A DNA stretch of 64,000 nt from IMG/VR virus record IMGVR_UViG_3300006045_001036, one strand, 5' to 3'. Made by a program: the position numbers and the translations under genes. This document shows positions 29,601 through 38,536 of the stretch, in pieces; the first letter of the stretch is position 1, and each line of letters opens with the position of its first letter. A model generated the notes under the pieces. It was given only the letters and a program-made list of their open reading frames with translations, ran no database searches and had not been told where the DNA came from. Origin of the DNA: a virus (taxonomy: Duplodnaviria > Caudoviricetes).

Positions 29601-29732
29601 TGGCTTAGAATCCCCGCAATACGTACCTTTCGGGAATGGACGAGCGAAACAATACCCTTGATGGTTGCCTTCTGATATCGGCTCAAACTCAGCACAATCA
29701 CGACACTTTGGTTTGTTGTTATTTGCCATCAT
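29583..29732 (-). CDS. 49-aa Cys-rich peptide
   Basis: GAAAGGA RBS; KCRDCAEF...GYC...YC. Confidence 0.55.
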   Translation of the reverse strand: MMANNNKPKCRDCAEFEPISEGNHQGYCFARPFPKGTYCGDSKPFQSGN

Positions 29733-29742
29733 TGTAATCCTT

Positions 29743-30015
29743 TCATAAACTGCTTTTACGCTCGAAACAATGACTGCAATACACAGGCTTGTCGTCTCGG
29801 GGCTTGAACGGCACTTTAGCTTCACCGCCACATTCCGCACATATCGCTGTGAAAGTTTCTCGATTTTCAAAAGAAGCTTTCTTAGCATCACGGCAGGGTT
29901 TGCAACGTTGCGGTTGATTAGTTAGTCCTTTTTCTGCGTAGAACGCTTGTTCACCTTCAGTGAAAATAAAGTCACGTCCGCAGTCTTTACAGTTAAGGGT
30001 CTTGTCTTCGTACAT
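29743..30015 (-). CDS. Zinc-ribbon protein (zf-trcl plus CxxC-x17-CxxC)
   Basis: MYEDKTLNCKDCGRDFIFTEGEQAFYAEKG...PQRCKPCR...CAECG...VPFKP...VYCSHCF. Confidence 0.9.
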   Translation of the reverse strand: MYEDKTLNCKDCGRDFIFTEGEQAFYAEKGLTNQPQRCKPCRDAKKASFENRETFTAICAECGGEAKVPFKPRDDKPVYCSHCFERKSSL

Positions 30016-30146
30016 TTTTGGATACCTCATAATTTTTCTTAGTAGGCTCAGTAATTCATATTAAGAACCGAAGCACCGCCGAGCCATCAGCGACCTCGAT
30101 AATATTAAAGATTTTGACGGCGGATATATCGTTTCACCGACCGATA

Positions 30147-30866
30147 CTAACCTTGTAACCTTGTGTATTGGACTTTGCCGTTAATCACTTTTCTCTCCTT
30201 CGCCGAGGAAAGAATTGCTTTATCAGAATTCAAAATATCATCAAGCGTAGCGTTCTCGAAGTATGTCTTGTATCCGTTCACGCTCTCTCGAGATATAGAA
30301 AACCTCTTATTTTTCAGTCCATAACTTGAATTCAAAATCACCTTATCAATGATAACTTTGTTCCAATCAAAACCATCTGAGGAAATTCGGAAGTCTATTG
30401 TATTTCCGTATACAGCTACTTTGACAAACTGTTGTACGAGGTAATCGTACCACTTTGAGTTGATTTCGTCGAAAGATGGTAAGGTTGACGCAAGTGCTTC
30501 AAGCTCTGTCAAAGTCTGATTTAACAACAAATCCATCGACAAATCTCTCATCTTAGGAGCATATCGCCCGAGTTCGGCAAGATATTTGAATTTCGTCATT
30601 TCCACAATACCGAGTTCGGCGGAGTCTGTCTCATTTAGAAAATCTATTCCGTTGGCAACAATTATCGCTGAAGCTTCGTCATCGGTGATTCGACCTGTGT
30701 TTAATAAGAATTCTGCGTCAATTGGTGCAAGAAACTCCTTGCCTCGACCAACCCATTTTGTAGAAGGAACATGAAGATAAACAGGAGTTAGTTTGCCGTC
30801 TCTATCAAGAAGATAAGAGCCTGATAAAGTTTCTTGAACACCCGCAGCACTTCTAATCGTAATCAT
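30147..30866 (-). CDS. Hypothetical protein (MITIRSAA N-terminus)
   Basis: 239 aa; start overlaps the rpsU stop. Confidence 0.65.
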   Translation of the reverse strand: MITIRSAAGVQETLSGSYLLDRDGKLTPVYLHVPSTKWVGRGKEFLAPIDAEFLLNTGRITDDEASAIIVANGIDFLNETDSAELGIVEMTKFKYLAELGRYAPKMRDLSMDLLLNQTLTELEALASTLPSFDEINSKWYDYLVQQFVKVAVYGNTIDFRISSDGFDWNKVIIDKVILNSSYGLKNKRFSISRESVNGYKTYFENATLDDILNSDKAILSSAKERKVINGKVQYTRLQG

Positions 30867-31099
30867 CTTGAATTTCCTCTACTTTCGTACCGTGCTTGAC
30901 GTAATTTCGCAAGTTTCTCTTCCTTCAATCGTCTTTCCTCGGCACGACGAGCTTTATTTTTACGCTTGACAGAGGGTTTCTCGTAATGCTGTCTTCGTTG
31001 AAGTTCCTCGTAAAGCCCTGCCCGACGACAAGCTTGCTTGAAACGGCTAATCGCAGTTTCCAATGACTCATTTCTGCCGACACGGATTTCTATATTCAT
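30863..31099 (-). CDS. rpsU: Ribosomal protein bS21, phage-encoded
   Basis: IRVGRNESLETAISRFKQACRRAGLYEELQRRQHYEKPSVKRK; ATG 31099 chosen because the longer ORF-track start overlaps a tRNA-like gene. Confidence 0.9.
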   Translation of the reverse strand: MNIEIRVGRNESLETAISRFKQACRRAGLYEELQRRQHYEKPSVKRKNKARRAEERRLKEEKLAKLRQARYESRGNSR

Positions 31100-31193
31100 G
31101 CTTGGATACTTCGCTTTCCTTATATTAAAAAGCAACCTCACCACGTTTCTTCGCCCATTTGCGTCATCGCTCAGGCAGGTTCTGGTTGCTAAT

Positions 31194-31264
31194 CGGAGCG
31201 GGTGGGACTCGAACCCACGACTCTGTGCTGGTACACCCACTCTAACCGCCTGAGTTACCGCCCC
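31194..31264 (-). ncRNA. tRNA-like RNA B with shortened anticodon arm
   Basis: GGGGCGG/CCGCTCC acceptor, ACTC-AGGCGGTTA-GAGT D arm, GTGGG-TTCGAGT-CCCAC T arm; anticodon arm only GTGT-ACCA-GCAC. Confidence 0.75.
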
Positions 31265-31347
31265 TGAATGAGCTTCAACAGATTCGCATTTCGTCTCGAG
31301 CCTACTTTGCTATCAATCTTAGAGAGTGTCATTCTAATACTCCCTTT

Positions 31348-31451
31348 CTGCAATGGTGGGATTCGAACCCACGTGCCTCCCAGTATCGGTCTACAGCACC
31401 ACTGGTCTGCTATAGCTGTAGTCACGCTTATAGCCTCTTGCGTACATTACA
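31348..31451 (-). ncRNA. tRNA-like RNA C with expanded anticodon/variable region
   Basis: TGTAATG/CATTGCA acceptor, CGC-AAGAGGCTATAA-GCG D arm, GTGGG-TTCGAAT-CCCAC T arm; CTACAGC/GCTGTAG stem around a 17-nt loop. Confidence 0.7.
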
Positions 31452-31456
31452 GAAAA

Positions 31457-31530
31457 TCGAGACAACAGGATTCGAACCTGCGGCATCTTGCTCCCAAAGC
31501 AAGCACTCTACCAAACTGAGCTATGTCTCG
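31457..31530 (-). tRNA. tRNA-Pro(TGG)
   Basis: CGAGACA/TGTCTCG acceptor; CTTGC-TTTGGGA-GCAAG anticodon arm; canonical D and T arms. Confidence 0.95.
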
Positions 31531-31632
31531 GATGAGTAGACGCTCGGTAAACCACGGCGGAATCGGGCTTACCGAGAAACAGCCACAGTGACTCAGGCTA
31601 TCCGCAACCTGAGTTTGCGTCTTCGCCTACAA

Positions 31633-31706
31633 ATGAGGTAGCAGGATTTGAACCTACGAATACAGCAGTCAAAGTGCTGTGCCTTACCAGACTTGGCGAT
31701 ACCTCA
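31633..31706 (-). tRNA. tRNA-Gln(TTG)
   Basis: TGAGGTA/TACCTCA acceptor; CAGCA-CTTTGAC-TGCTG anticodon arm. Confidence 0.95.
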
Positions 31707-32066
31707 GTAATTGTCGGCGAAGCGGTTAGGTCACTTCTTAATGCCGACTATACCGCAATTTGCTGCTTTAGTTTTAACGAGTGGCTAAAGCTGTGTTGCG
31801 AAACAAAGAACATTCCTCGGGTATACGTTAATCAGTTTGAATTCGTTGATGGAGTATACCAGTCTGTAGTTAGAATAATCCTCACCGTCATGCCTAACTG
31901 TCAGGCAAAGCCTATTCGGGCATTAGGGGTATTGGATTTGTATAATAACTCCGAAGAGATATTACCTTGCTCCGTTATCGCAGCAGTGCGACATACGATA
32001 ACGGAGGGACAAAGCCTTATTGCATAACAACCTCTATCCGCACTCTTAACAAGGTTAACGCCGATT

Positions 32067-32333
32067 TTAAGGATGACTGCGAGTTTCTGTCGGATTACTT
32101 CCGGCACCATTCTTCTCAACCCGCACATCTTCGGGTTTTATTCCTTCGCCTATAACCTCAATACGTCCGATGTCAAACCAGTGAGAGTCCTGTATTTTGC
32201 CATCTTTGTCGAGCGATGGAGATAAACCAACCGTGTCACAGCCGTATAGGTGAGTGGCTACACCTGTAACAATTCCTGTAAAGCCTGTTATCTTGTCTTT
32301 GCCTTGTTTTCCAAGTAATTCCTTAGTATCCAT
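32067..32333 (-). CDS. Small hypothetical phage protein
   Basis: DKITGFTGIVTG...LYGC...WFD; AAAGGAG RBS. Confidence 0.7.
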   Translation of the reverse strand: MDTKELLGKQGKDKITGFTGIVTGVATHLYGCDTVGLSPSLDKDGKIQDSHWFDIGRIEVIGEGIKPEDVRVEKNGAGSNPTETRSHP

Positions 32334-32371
32334 GTTTGGGCTCCTTTCAATTCATGTAAGAATAAATGCGT

Positions 32372-32590
32372 TTATTTCGCTCTCCACGAAATACGCCCTT
32401 TAGTCAAATCATACGGCGACATCTCCACCGTAACCTTATCACCCCGAATAACCTTAATGTGGTTCATTCGAAGTCGTCCCGAGATATTACAGCGAACCTT
32501 GTGACCGTTGCCGAAAATTACGTTAAAGAATCCGCTCGGCAGTACCTCGTCAACTACACCGTCAACCTCAATTACATCGTCTTTAGCCAT
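32372..32590 (-). CDS. infA: Translation initiation factor IF-1, phage-encoded
   Basis: MAKDDVIEVDGVVDEVLP...ISGRLRMNHIKVIRGDKVTVEMSPYDLTKGRI. Confidence 0.97.
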   Translation of the reverse strand: MAKDDVIEVDGVVDEVLPSGFFNVIFGNGHKVRCNISGRLRMNHIKVIRGDKVTVEMSPYDLTKGRISWRAK

Positions 32591-33104
32591 TTAACCCTCC
32601 CCATCTTTCGCCGTCGTGCTTAAAAAGCCACTCGGCAGCTTCATTAACCCCTCGGAATTCAATAGGATATCCTTTATCGTTGGTTTCAAACACCCCTGTA
32701 TCAGGATTGCGTAGAGCATATCCATACTTGCCTAAGCTTTTCAACCGCCCACCTTTCACAGCCGATGCGGTGAGCATCGCTCTGTAAAGATTTCGTTTTG
32801 AATCCGTTTTAGAAATCACCTGAGCTTTCTTGAAATTGACGTCAGGTTTCGGGTTTGATTTCGCAGACGGTTGCGGAGAACCCTTAGACTTCGGCGGTCG
32901 GTTCAAATTCATCGACTTACGATAAGTTTTTGGCTTTTCCACAGTGTTATCAGGCAGTTCAGTGTTAGGTAACTGCCTGAATTCCATAACTTCGATGTCT
33001 TTAAATTTGTCAGGATAACGTCGCTCGTAGTCCATAGCTTTCTGGCGAGCTTCTTGATACAGCTCACTTTCGCTCTTGTATTTGTATTTCATATTCTCCA
33101 CCAA
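32583..33104 (-). CDS. Basic hypothetical protein
   Basis: ORF overlapping the infA start. Confidence 0.6.
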   Translation of the reverse strand: MVENMKYKYKSESELYQEARQKAMDYERRYPDKFKDIEVMEFRQLPNTELPDNTVEKPKTYRKSMNLNRPPKSKGSPQPSAKSNPKPDVNFKKAQVISKTDSKRNLYRAMLTASAVKGGRLKSLGKYGYALRNPDTGVFETNDKGYPIEFRGVNEAAEWLFKHDGERWGGLNG

Positions 33105-33120
33105 AGTACGGAAGGCTTGG

Positions 33121-33838
33121 TTAGCCGTCCAAAGTATCAGTTTCTGTTGTGCCGATACACGGAACAGAAACCGCTTGACCGCCGATTAAAGCGTTCGGAT
33201 TCTTCAAAATTTCGCCTTGAGCCAGCGATATGATACGGTTCTGAGTAAATGCTTCAATCTCTGACTTTGCTTGTGTTGTGGTCTTATCCATTGCCTGATT
33301 GAACTGTTTAGACAGAAACGGTATCGAATCCTGATAGGATTTCTGTGCCTTGTGAAGCAACTCAATAACTTGGGATTTCTCGGATTTGTTTAAAGCCTTT
33401 CCGCTAACGAACAGTGCTTCGACTTTCTCGAGAGCATCGTTAATTGCCTGAGTGCCTTCCTCGCAATCCGTCCTGAAATCTTCAGCAAACTTATTTCTTT
33501 GGTCTTCAAACGGACACCGTTCTGTAATCTTACCTTGGAATCGAGTTAACGTAACAGGTACTCCGTCTCCGCAATTCATCGAGGTGATTGCTTCAGCAAA
33601 CTGAGCTTGAGACATCTCGACCTCAATGAGTTGTTCGCCGCCAAAATACCACTCTCTGGAGAGGTCTCGTTGAAGTTCACTGCGACAAATCCGCATAGTG
33701 ATAGTGTTTATATGTTCTATAGAAGACCCATACAAATGAACCCCGCTACTGCGTTGATTACGACTGAAAGATAACTGTGCGTAGCTCTCATGTGTTGATT
33801 TAGATTCATTCCATTTACTCGTATCTACACTTGGCATA
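33121..33838 (-). CDS. Hypothetical phage protein
   Basis: AAGGAG RBS before MPSVDT; EVEMSQAQFAEAITSMN.GDGVPVT. Confidence 0.65.
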
Positions 33839-33856
33839 TTAAAAATACTCCTTACA

Positions 33857-34837
33857 TCAAAATTCCCAGCAACCAATCCACTCGGCTTGTGTTGTTCGTA
33901 GGTTACGGTGGTGGCGGTCAACAGCGTCTTGGGATGCTCTTTTAGCACCACCGACTCCCCAGCCGTTTGCTGCCAAAAGCTTTGCTTGACTCCAACCATA
34001 ATATTCCCCGACAGCTTGGTACCTTGTTAGATAGTACTCAGTCAATTGTTGTACATTAAATGGGTCGAGTCCGTCGGGATAATAAAGCAATGCGAGTTTT
34101 GCTTGAGATTCTGTTGGATAAGCAATCGTCTGCTCACGATATATTGCAACAGGCTTAAATCCTGTAATTTCTGTGTTATTGTTTGTATACCAGAGTGTGT
34201 TATCGTAGTTATTGCATTGAATAAGACCTGCCGACAAGAAGCCGTTGGTGTCCCTCCCATATAGATTTGGGTCTCCGCCAGTCTCTCGAATGAAGATAGA
34301 TAGTAAATTATCAAAATCAGGTTTGATGACATATTTCTCTTTAGACCACTCGGCATAAACAGTATCGAGAACATCCACAGTGAAGGGAATGCCGTTGTAT
34401 AATCCTGTGTACCGTGAATTTTCCAACGTGTTGTATATAAATGAGAACTTGCCGTCTGACGAAACCCAAATTCCGTTTTCTGTATCGGTAGTCGGTATAT
34501 CCACTGCCTCGGGTTCTGCTTCAAGTTCCGCCTCGGTAATTAGCTCCACTCTCTCAATCGGTTCTCTTTTAAGTTTGGTCGTCGGTGTTACTTCAGGCGG
34601 GTTTTCGATTTGTATTAGTTCTTGTTCAATTGTCATTTCTGTTTCAATCGTAGACGTATTATCACCAAAAATCATTCCGACGATAATAAGGACAAAAGCA
34701 ACAGGGATGGCTAAAGCTCCTGACTTCTCAATGATTCTCGATTTCCAGAGCCACCTCCCAAACATCCAAATTACTATTCCCGCAACCTGAAGAGTGGATA
34801 ATACTGCTGTGGTTACTTTCCTTGTAAGACTTCGCAT
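33857..34837 (-). CDS. Membrane-anchored lytic transglycosylase-like protein
   Basis: N-terminal hydrophobic segments; IFIRETGGDPN...SAGLIQ SLT-like motifs. Confidence 0.55.
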   Translation of the reverse strand: MRSLTRKVTTAVLSTLQVAGIVIWMFGRWLWKSRIIEKSGALAIPVAFVLIIVGMIFGDNTSTIETEMTIEQELIQIENPPEVTPTTKLKREPIERVELITEAELEAEPEAVDIPTTDTENGIWVSSDGKFSFIYNTLENSRYTGLYNGIPFTVDVLDTVYAEWSKEKYVIKPDFDNLLSIFIRETGGDPNLYGRDTNGFLSAGLIQCNNYDNTLWYTNNNTEITGFKPVAIYREQTIAYPTESQAKLALLYYPDGLDPFNVQQLTEYYLTRYQAVGEYYGWSQAKLLAANGWGVGGAKRASQDAVDRHHRNLRTTQAEWIGCWEF

Positions 34838-34947
34838 ATAAATACCTTTTCCCTTTCCGACCCATTCAAATAATATCAGACACGTATTCAGACTGTTGGC
34901 AGTATGTATACGTGTCTAAATAAGTTTGTCGGGCGGGTCATTGGCTG

Positions 34948-35589
34948 TTACCCGACGTATTCTTTGTAGTTGGCTTCCTGCTCTTTCTTCAAAATCTCAA
35001 TGAACTCTGTCATTGCAACACTGAGATTGAATACAACAACCTCTTCGCCGTACTTCGGAGACGACATGGATTTAACAACTTTAGTCTCTGCTGTTGAGCA
35101 GTAGTCTGTTAAAAACTTTACCAAGTCTATACCACAGAGCTTGTGTCGATAGTGGTTTCCGTAAACCTTGGCAATAATCTCACTGCAAACAGGAAACGGC
35201 GAGTTCGGGTCATCTGATGTCCCGATGGTTACATAGACTGTGCCGTTAGCGAGTTCAGACCAGATGTTACCGCCGACAATATCCTTGTAACCTGCGACAG
35301 CAAGTTCTAAGAAATAGCGGATAACACCGAGAAAATTGAATCGTCTGGAAAATATGTTGTCTCTAACTGATGTGGGAAATCCCGAGTAATACAGGTCGCC
35401 GTACCAGTCTTGGCACTGGTCGATAATGTGAAGGGCATCCCATACGTTGTGAACGTACTTCTTACCGAAATTCGGATTACCGTAATTTCCGCTATCACAG
35501 AGTTCCTTAAACCCCTCCAACTCAATTGCTTTTAAAGCTTTGAGTAGCTTGGTATTGAGGGCGGGGTTCATCCAACGCTTATTATCCAT
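34948..35589 (-). CDS. Hypothetical protein, paralog-like to 35884-36507
   Basis: Shared NF(L/V)G(V/I)IRYFL segment. Confidence 0.6.
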   Translation of the reverse strand: MDNKRWMNPALNTKLLKALKAIELEGFKELCDSGNYGNPNFGKKYVHNVWDALHIIDQCQDWYGDLYYSGFPTSVRDNIFSRRFNFLGVIRYFLELAVAGYKDIVGGNIWSELANGTVYVTIGTSDDPNSPFPVCSEIIAKVYGNHYRHKLCGIDLVKFLTDYCSTAETKVVKSMSSPKYGEEVVVFNLSVAMTEFIEILKKEQEANYKEYVG

Positions 35590-35659
35590 TCTCAAACTCC
35601 TTTCCAGTCGAGCAGATTCGACCAACTCGTAAATAAATGCTGATTACATTAACCGCATA

Positions 35660-35887
35660 CTACGAGTTCTTCGCTTTCAAAATTCGTACAATCTCTTTGG
35701 AAGAGACCAATTTCGCACCTCGGCGAACTGCCAACGCTCGCATCCGAGCTGTCGTTAAATCGTAATGCGGATACTTCTTGTCTTGAAACCACTCATATTT
35801 CAGGGTTAGAGTACCGACAGCGAACTTATGAAGCTCGTGGATTTCGCCATCGGTAATCAAATGCCCGACTTTATCTACGTATATTAT
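35660..35887 (-). CDS. DUF4031-like protein; start uncertain, possibly ATA
   Basis: YVD...HLITD...ELHKFA...WFQ...PHYDLT...RALAVRRGA. Confidence 0.7.
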   Translation of the reverse strand: MIYVDKVGHLITDGEIHELHKFAVGTLTLKYEWFQDKKYPHYDLTTARMRALAVRRGAKLVSSKEIVRILKAKNS

Positions 35888-36507
35888 CCTAACCCGCTTT
35901 CGTGTCGTTGTTCATGAGTGACAACGTGAAGGAAAGCTGCGACAGCGTTCACAAGGTTGATGTAACGGCGATTATCGGAAGGGTCGTCTTCGTTCTCGTA
36001 CAGCGTGTAAATAACGGGTTCATAGTCGGCGAGATACTTGATAAAGCGGTCTTCGCAAACCTTCATAACTACCGTATTGACATCTATACCGAAACACTCT
36101 TTGTATATAGGACAACCTGGATTGATATAGTTAGTAGGGTCGATAATTATCCAAGCATCGGGGTTTGGACGTTTGAGTAGATTTGAAGGAAGCTGCTCTT
36201 TCGGCACAAAATCATTATCCACTGTTAACTCACCTTCTTGGAGCATTTGTCGAAGAAAATAACGTATAATACCGACAAAATTCTTTCTCAGCACAGCCCT
36301 CTCCCGATGACTCTCGCTACGAATAACACCCATATCGTTAAATAATTCGCTGCTCCAGTCGTAGGTCTGCAACAACCACAAGGCTTTAAGCATTTCGGTA
36401 GCGAACGGTGATGGGAGTTCCTTCGCTCCCGCCGACCGTTTACCCGCATGACGAGCGATGTTCTTCATTACACGATTAAGAGTCTGTTCTTGGTCTTTAG
36501 TTATCAT
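35884..36507 (-). CDS. Hypothetical protein
   Basis: 207 aa ORF overlapping its neighbours. Confidence 0.6.
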   Translation of the reverse strand: MITKDQEQTLNRVMKNIARHAGKRSAGAKELPSPFATEMLKALWLLQTYDWSSELFNDMGVIRSESHRERAVLRKNFVGIIRYFLRQMLQEGELTVDNDFVPKEQLPSNLLKRPNPDAWIIIDPTNYINPGCPIYKECFGIDVNTVVMKVCEDRFIKYLADYEPVIYTLYENEDDPSDNRRYINLVNAVAAFLHVVTHEQRHESGLG

Positions 36508-37216
36508 TGTTCTTCTCCATTTCTTCCCAGTAATCCTCTATCAGCATCAGCTCACTTGTCGTGTACTTATAGAGATTGTCGTTGTGTCGGTTCTCTTCCA
36601 CAGCGTTGTCTCTATAATTCAACTCATCAGCAACTTCGGCAAGAGTGACACCACTGTTCTTTAGCGATTGAATCCAGTGAGGGATGGCATATTGCTTAAT
36701 TTGGTAAAACTGACTTTCCCTGACTCGCTCCGTCTCAAAAACCAACCCACCGTCAATAAGTTTCTTTGCTATATTATAGCTTGTCGGTCGAGGGAATTTG
36801 CCGTAGATAAACGCTGACTCCTTGTCGTGCCACACTTGAAGATTACCACGCTTTCCACCGCTCTTAATGTCATCAAAAGCCTTCTGTAAAAACTTATTCA
36901 TACCAAAACATCCTCCTTGTACGTTCCAATGGTTTCCCCGCCAGTCAAAATAGCTAATGCGTCTTTGGCAACAATCAAATCCGCTCGAAGAAAAATTACG
37001 CTCATCTTGCTGTTGCGGGTTCTCTTGTCAGTTCTCTTAATCTTTCCTTCGAGTTCGGCGATATTTGACCGTACCCATGCTTCACCCTTAGCGATTCTAC
37101 ATTTCAAAGAAATATCTTGCCATCCTGCCATAATCTTTCTCCTTTCACATCATAACACTTATCGCTCTATAGAAAGTAATGCTAAAGTTTTAACCGCTCC
37201 GTAGAGCGGTTAGAAT

Positions 37217-37876
37217 TTATTTGTCTTTTAGTGTGTTTATCAAATCCGATTTGATTATCAGTGCGACTCCGAGCGGAATAAGCAACGCTGCCTCCAGTAT
37301 CCATACAATCAAACTGTCTTGAATATCAAATGTCGCCGTCATACTGCCAACCATGCCGTGTTCGAGTAAAGCAAACAAAGCACAAAGAGATATAAAACCC
37401 AGTATAAAGTACACAATTTTTCGGGTCTTGTTTTTCCCTTTGGTAAATAAGTACATGACCCACAACACCATTGCTGCAAATCCGACCCCCGCTCCTATAC
37501 AATGAACTATCGTCGATATCTTTGGAGTTAACCCGAATAGTCCTAATTTGTCAAGTTCTTCTGTCCATCGACTTTCTACAGGCTGAACGACTGTGAAGAA
37601 CATCCCGATACCGATTACATTTGTTATCCAGTTGTCGAGGTTGCTGTACCCTTTGTAAACGATACAAAACAGAAGGACTATACCCAGTCCGAGCGGCAGT
37701 ATCATACTTGTTGTCGCTGTGGTTGTTGCTGAGGCAGATATCGAAGGAAACAAACCGTAATCCTTATAAAACAACAAGGTCTGTATCTGCGGCACAATCC
37801 CAACCAGTATTGAAACAATCCCCATAACAAACAGAGAAATACGGTCTTGTTTAGTAATCATAACTTCAACCTCCAT
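37217..37876 (-). CDS. Multi-pass membrane protein (DUF998-like)
   Basis: About six hydrophobic segments, SISAS and VHCIGA. Confidence 0.65.
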   Translation of the reverse strand: MEVEVMITKQDRISLFVMGIVSILVGIVPQIQTLLFYKDYGLFPSISASATTTATTSMILPLGLGIVLLFCIVYKGYSNLDNWITNVIGIGMFFTVVQPVESRWTEELDKLGLFGLTPKISTIVHCIGAGVGFAAMVLWVMYLFTKGKNKTRKIVYFILGFISLCALFALLEHGMVGSMTATFDIQDSLIVWILEAALLIPLGVALIIKSDLINTLKDK

Positions 37877-38536
37877 ATAAATTCAACTGACTTAAAGTTT
37901 ATCGCTTCAAGTCAGTTGAGAATATGAAGGTCGTCCGTAATTGTTGAATTTAAGTACCGCTTTTCTTATCTGCACCAGTGGTTTTTGCAGACGGTTTTCT
38001 TGACGGCGGTTTCTTTGTCGGAGGTTTCGGAGGTTCATCGTTGTTGAGTAACCTTTGCAAAGTTTCGATAGAACCTTGTTTTCTTGTCAATTCAGCACTG
38101 ATTGCTACCATCTGTTCTTGGATTCTCTGTGCCTCGGTAGCTAAAGCATTGTACTGCTTGCCTAATTCCGCATAAGCCTTGGTTTCGGTTTCCAATTGTT
38201 TTTTAATATTTGCTTCCATAATTCCTCCTACTGCGGAGCAGCGACAAGAGCGTAGATGAAATCCGCTCTCTTTGCCGTAGCTCTCGCCCACTCAACTAAC
38301 TGCCAGTCTTTAGGACATTCACGACACAGATAATTACAAGCAATCTCTTGCATCCGAGCATGGGTTATTTCAAGTTTTTCGCCGACCTCCATGTCTTCCT
38401 TTTTCATTACCTCAAGTACAGAATTGTGTACATGAACGTCGTCGAGCCAGCACTGAACATCATCGTGTTCGTGAGCACCGACCACATACAATTTCGCTTT
38501 GTAGTTCATAATTTTCTCCTTATTACTATTACTTTG

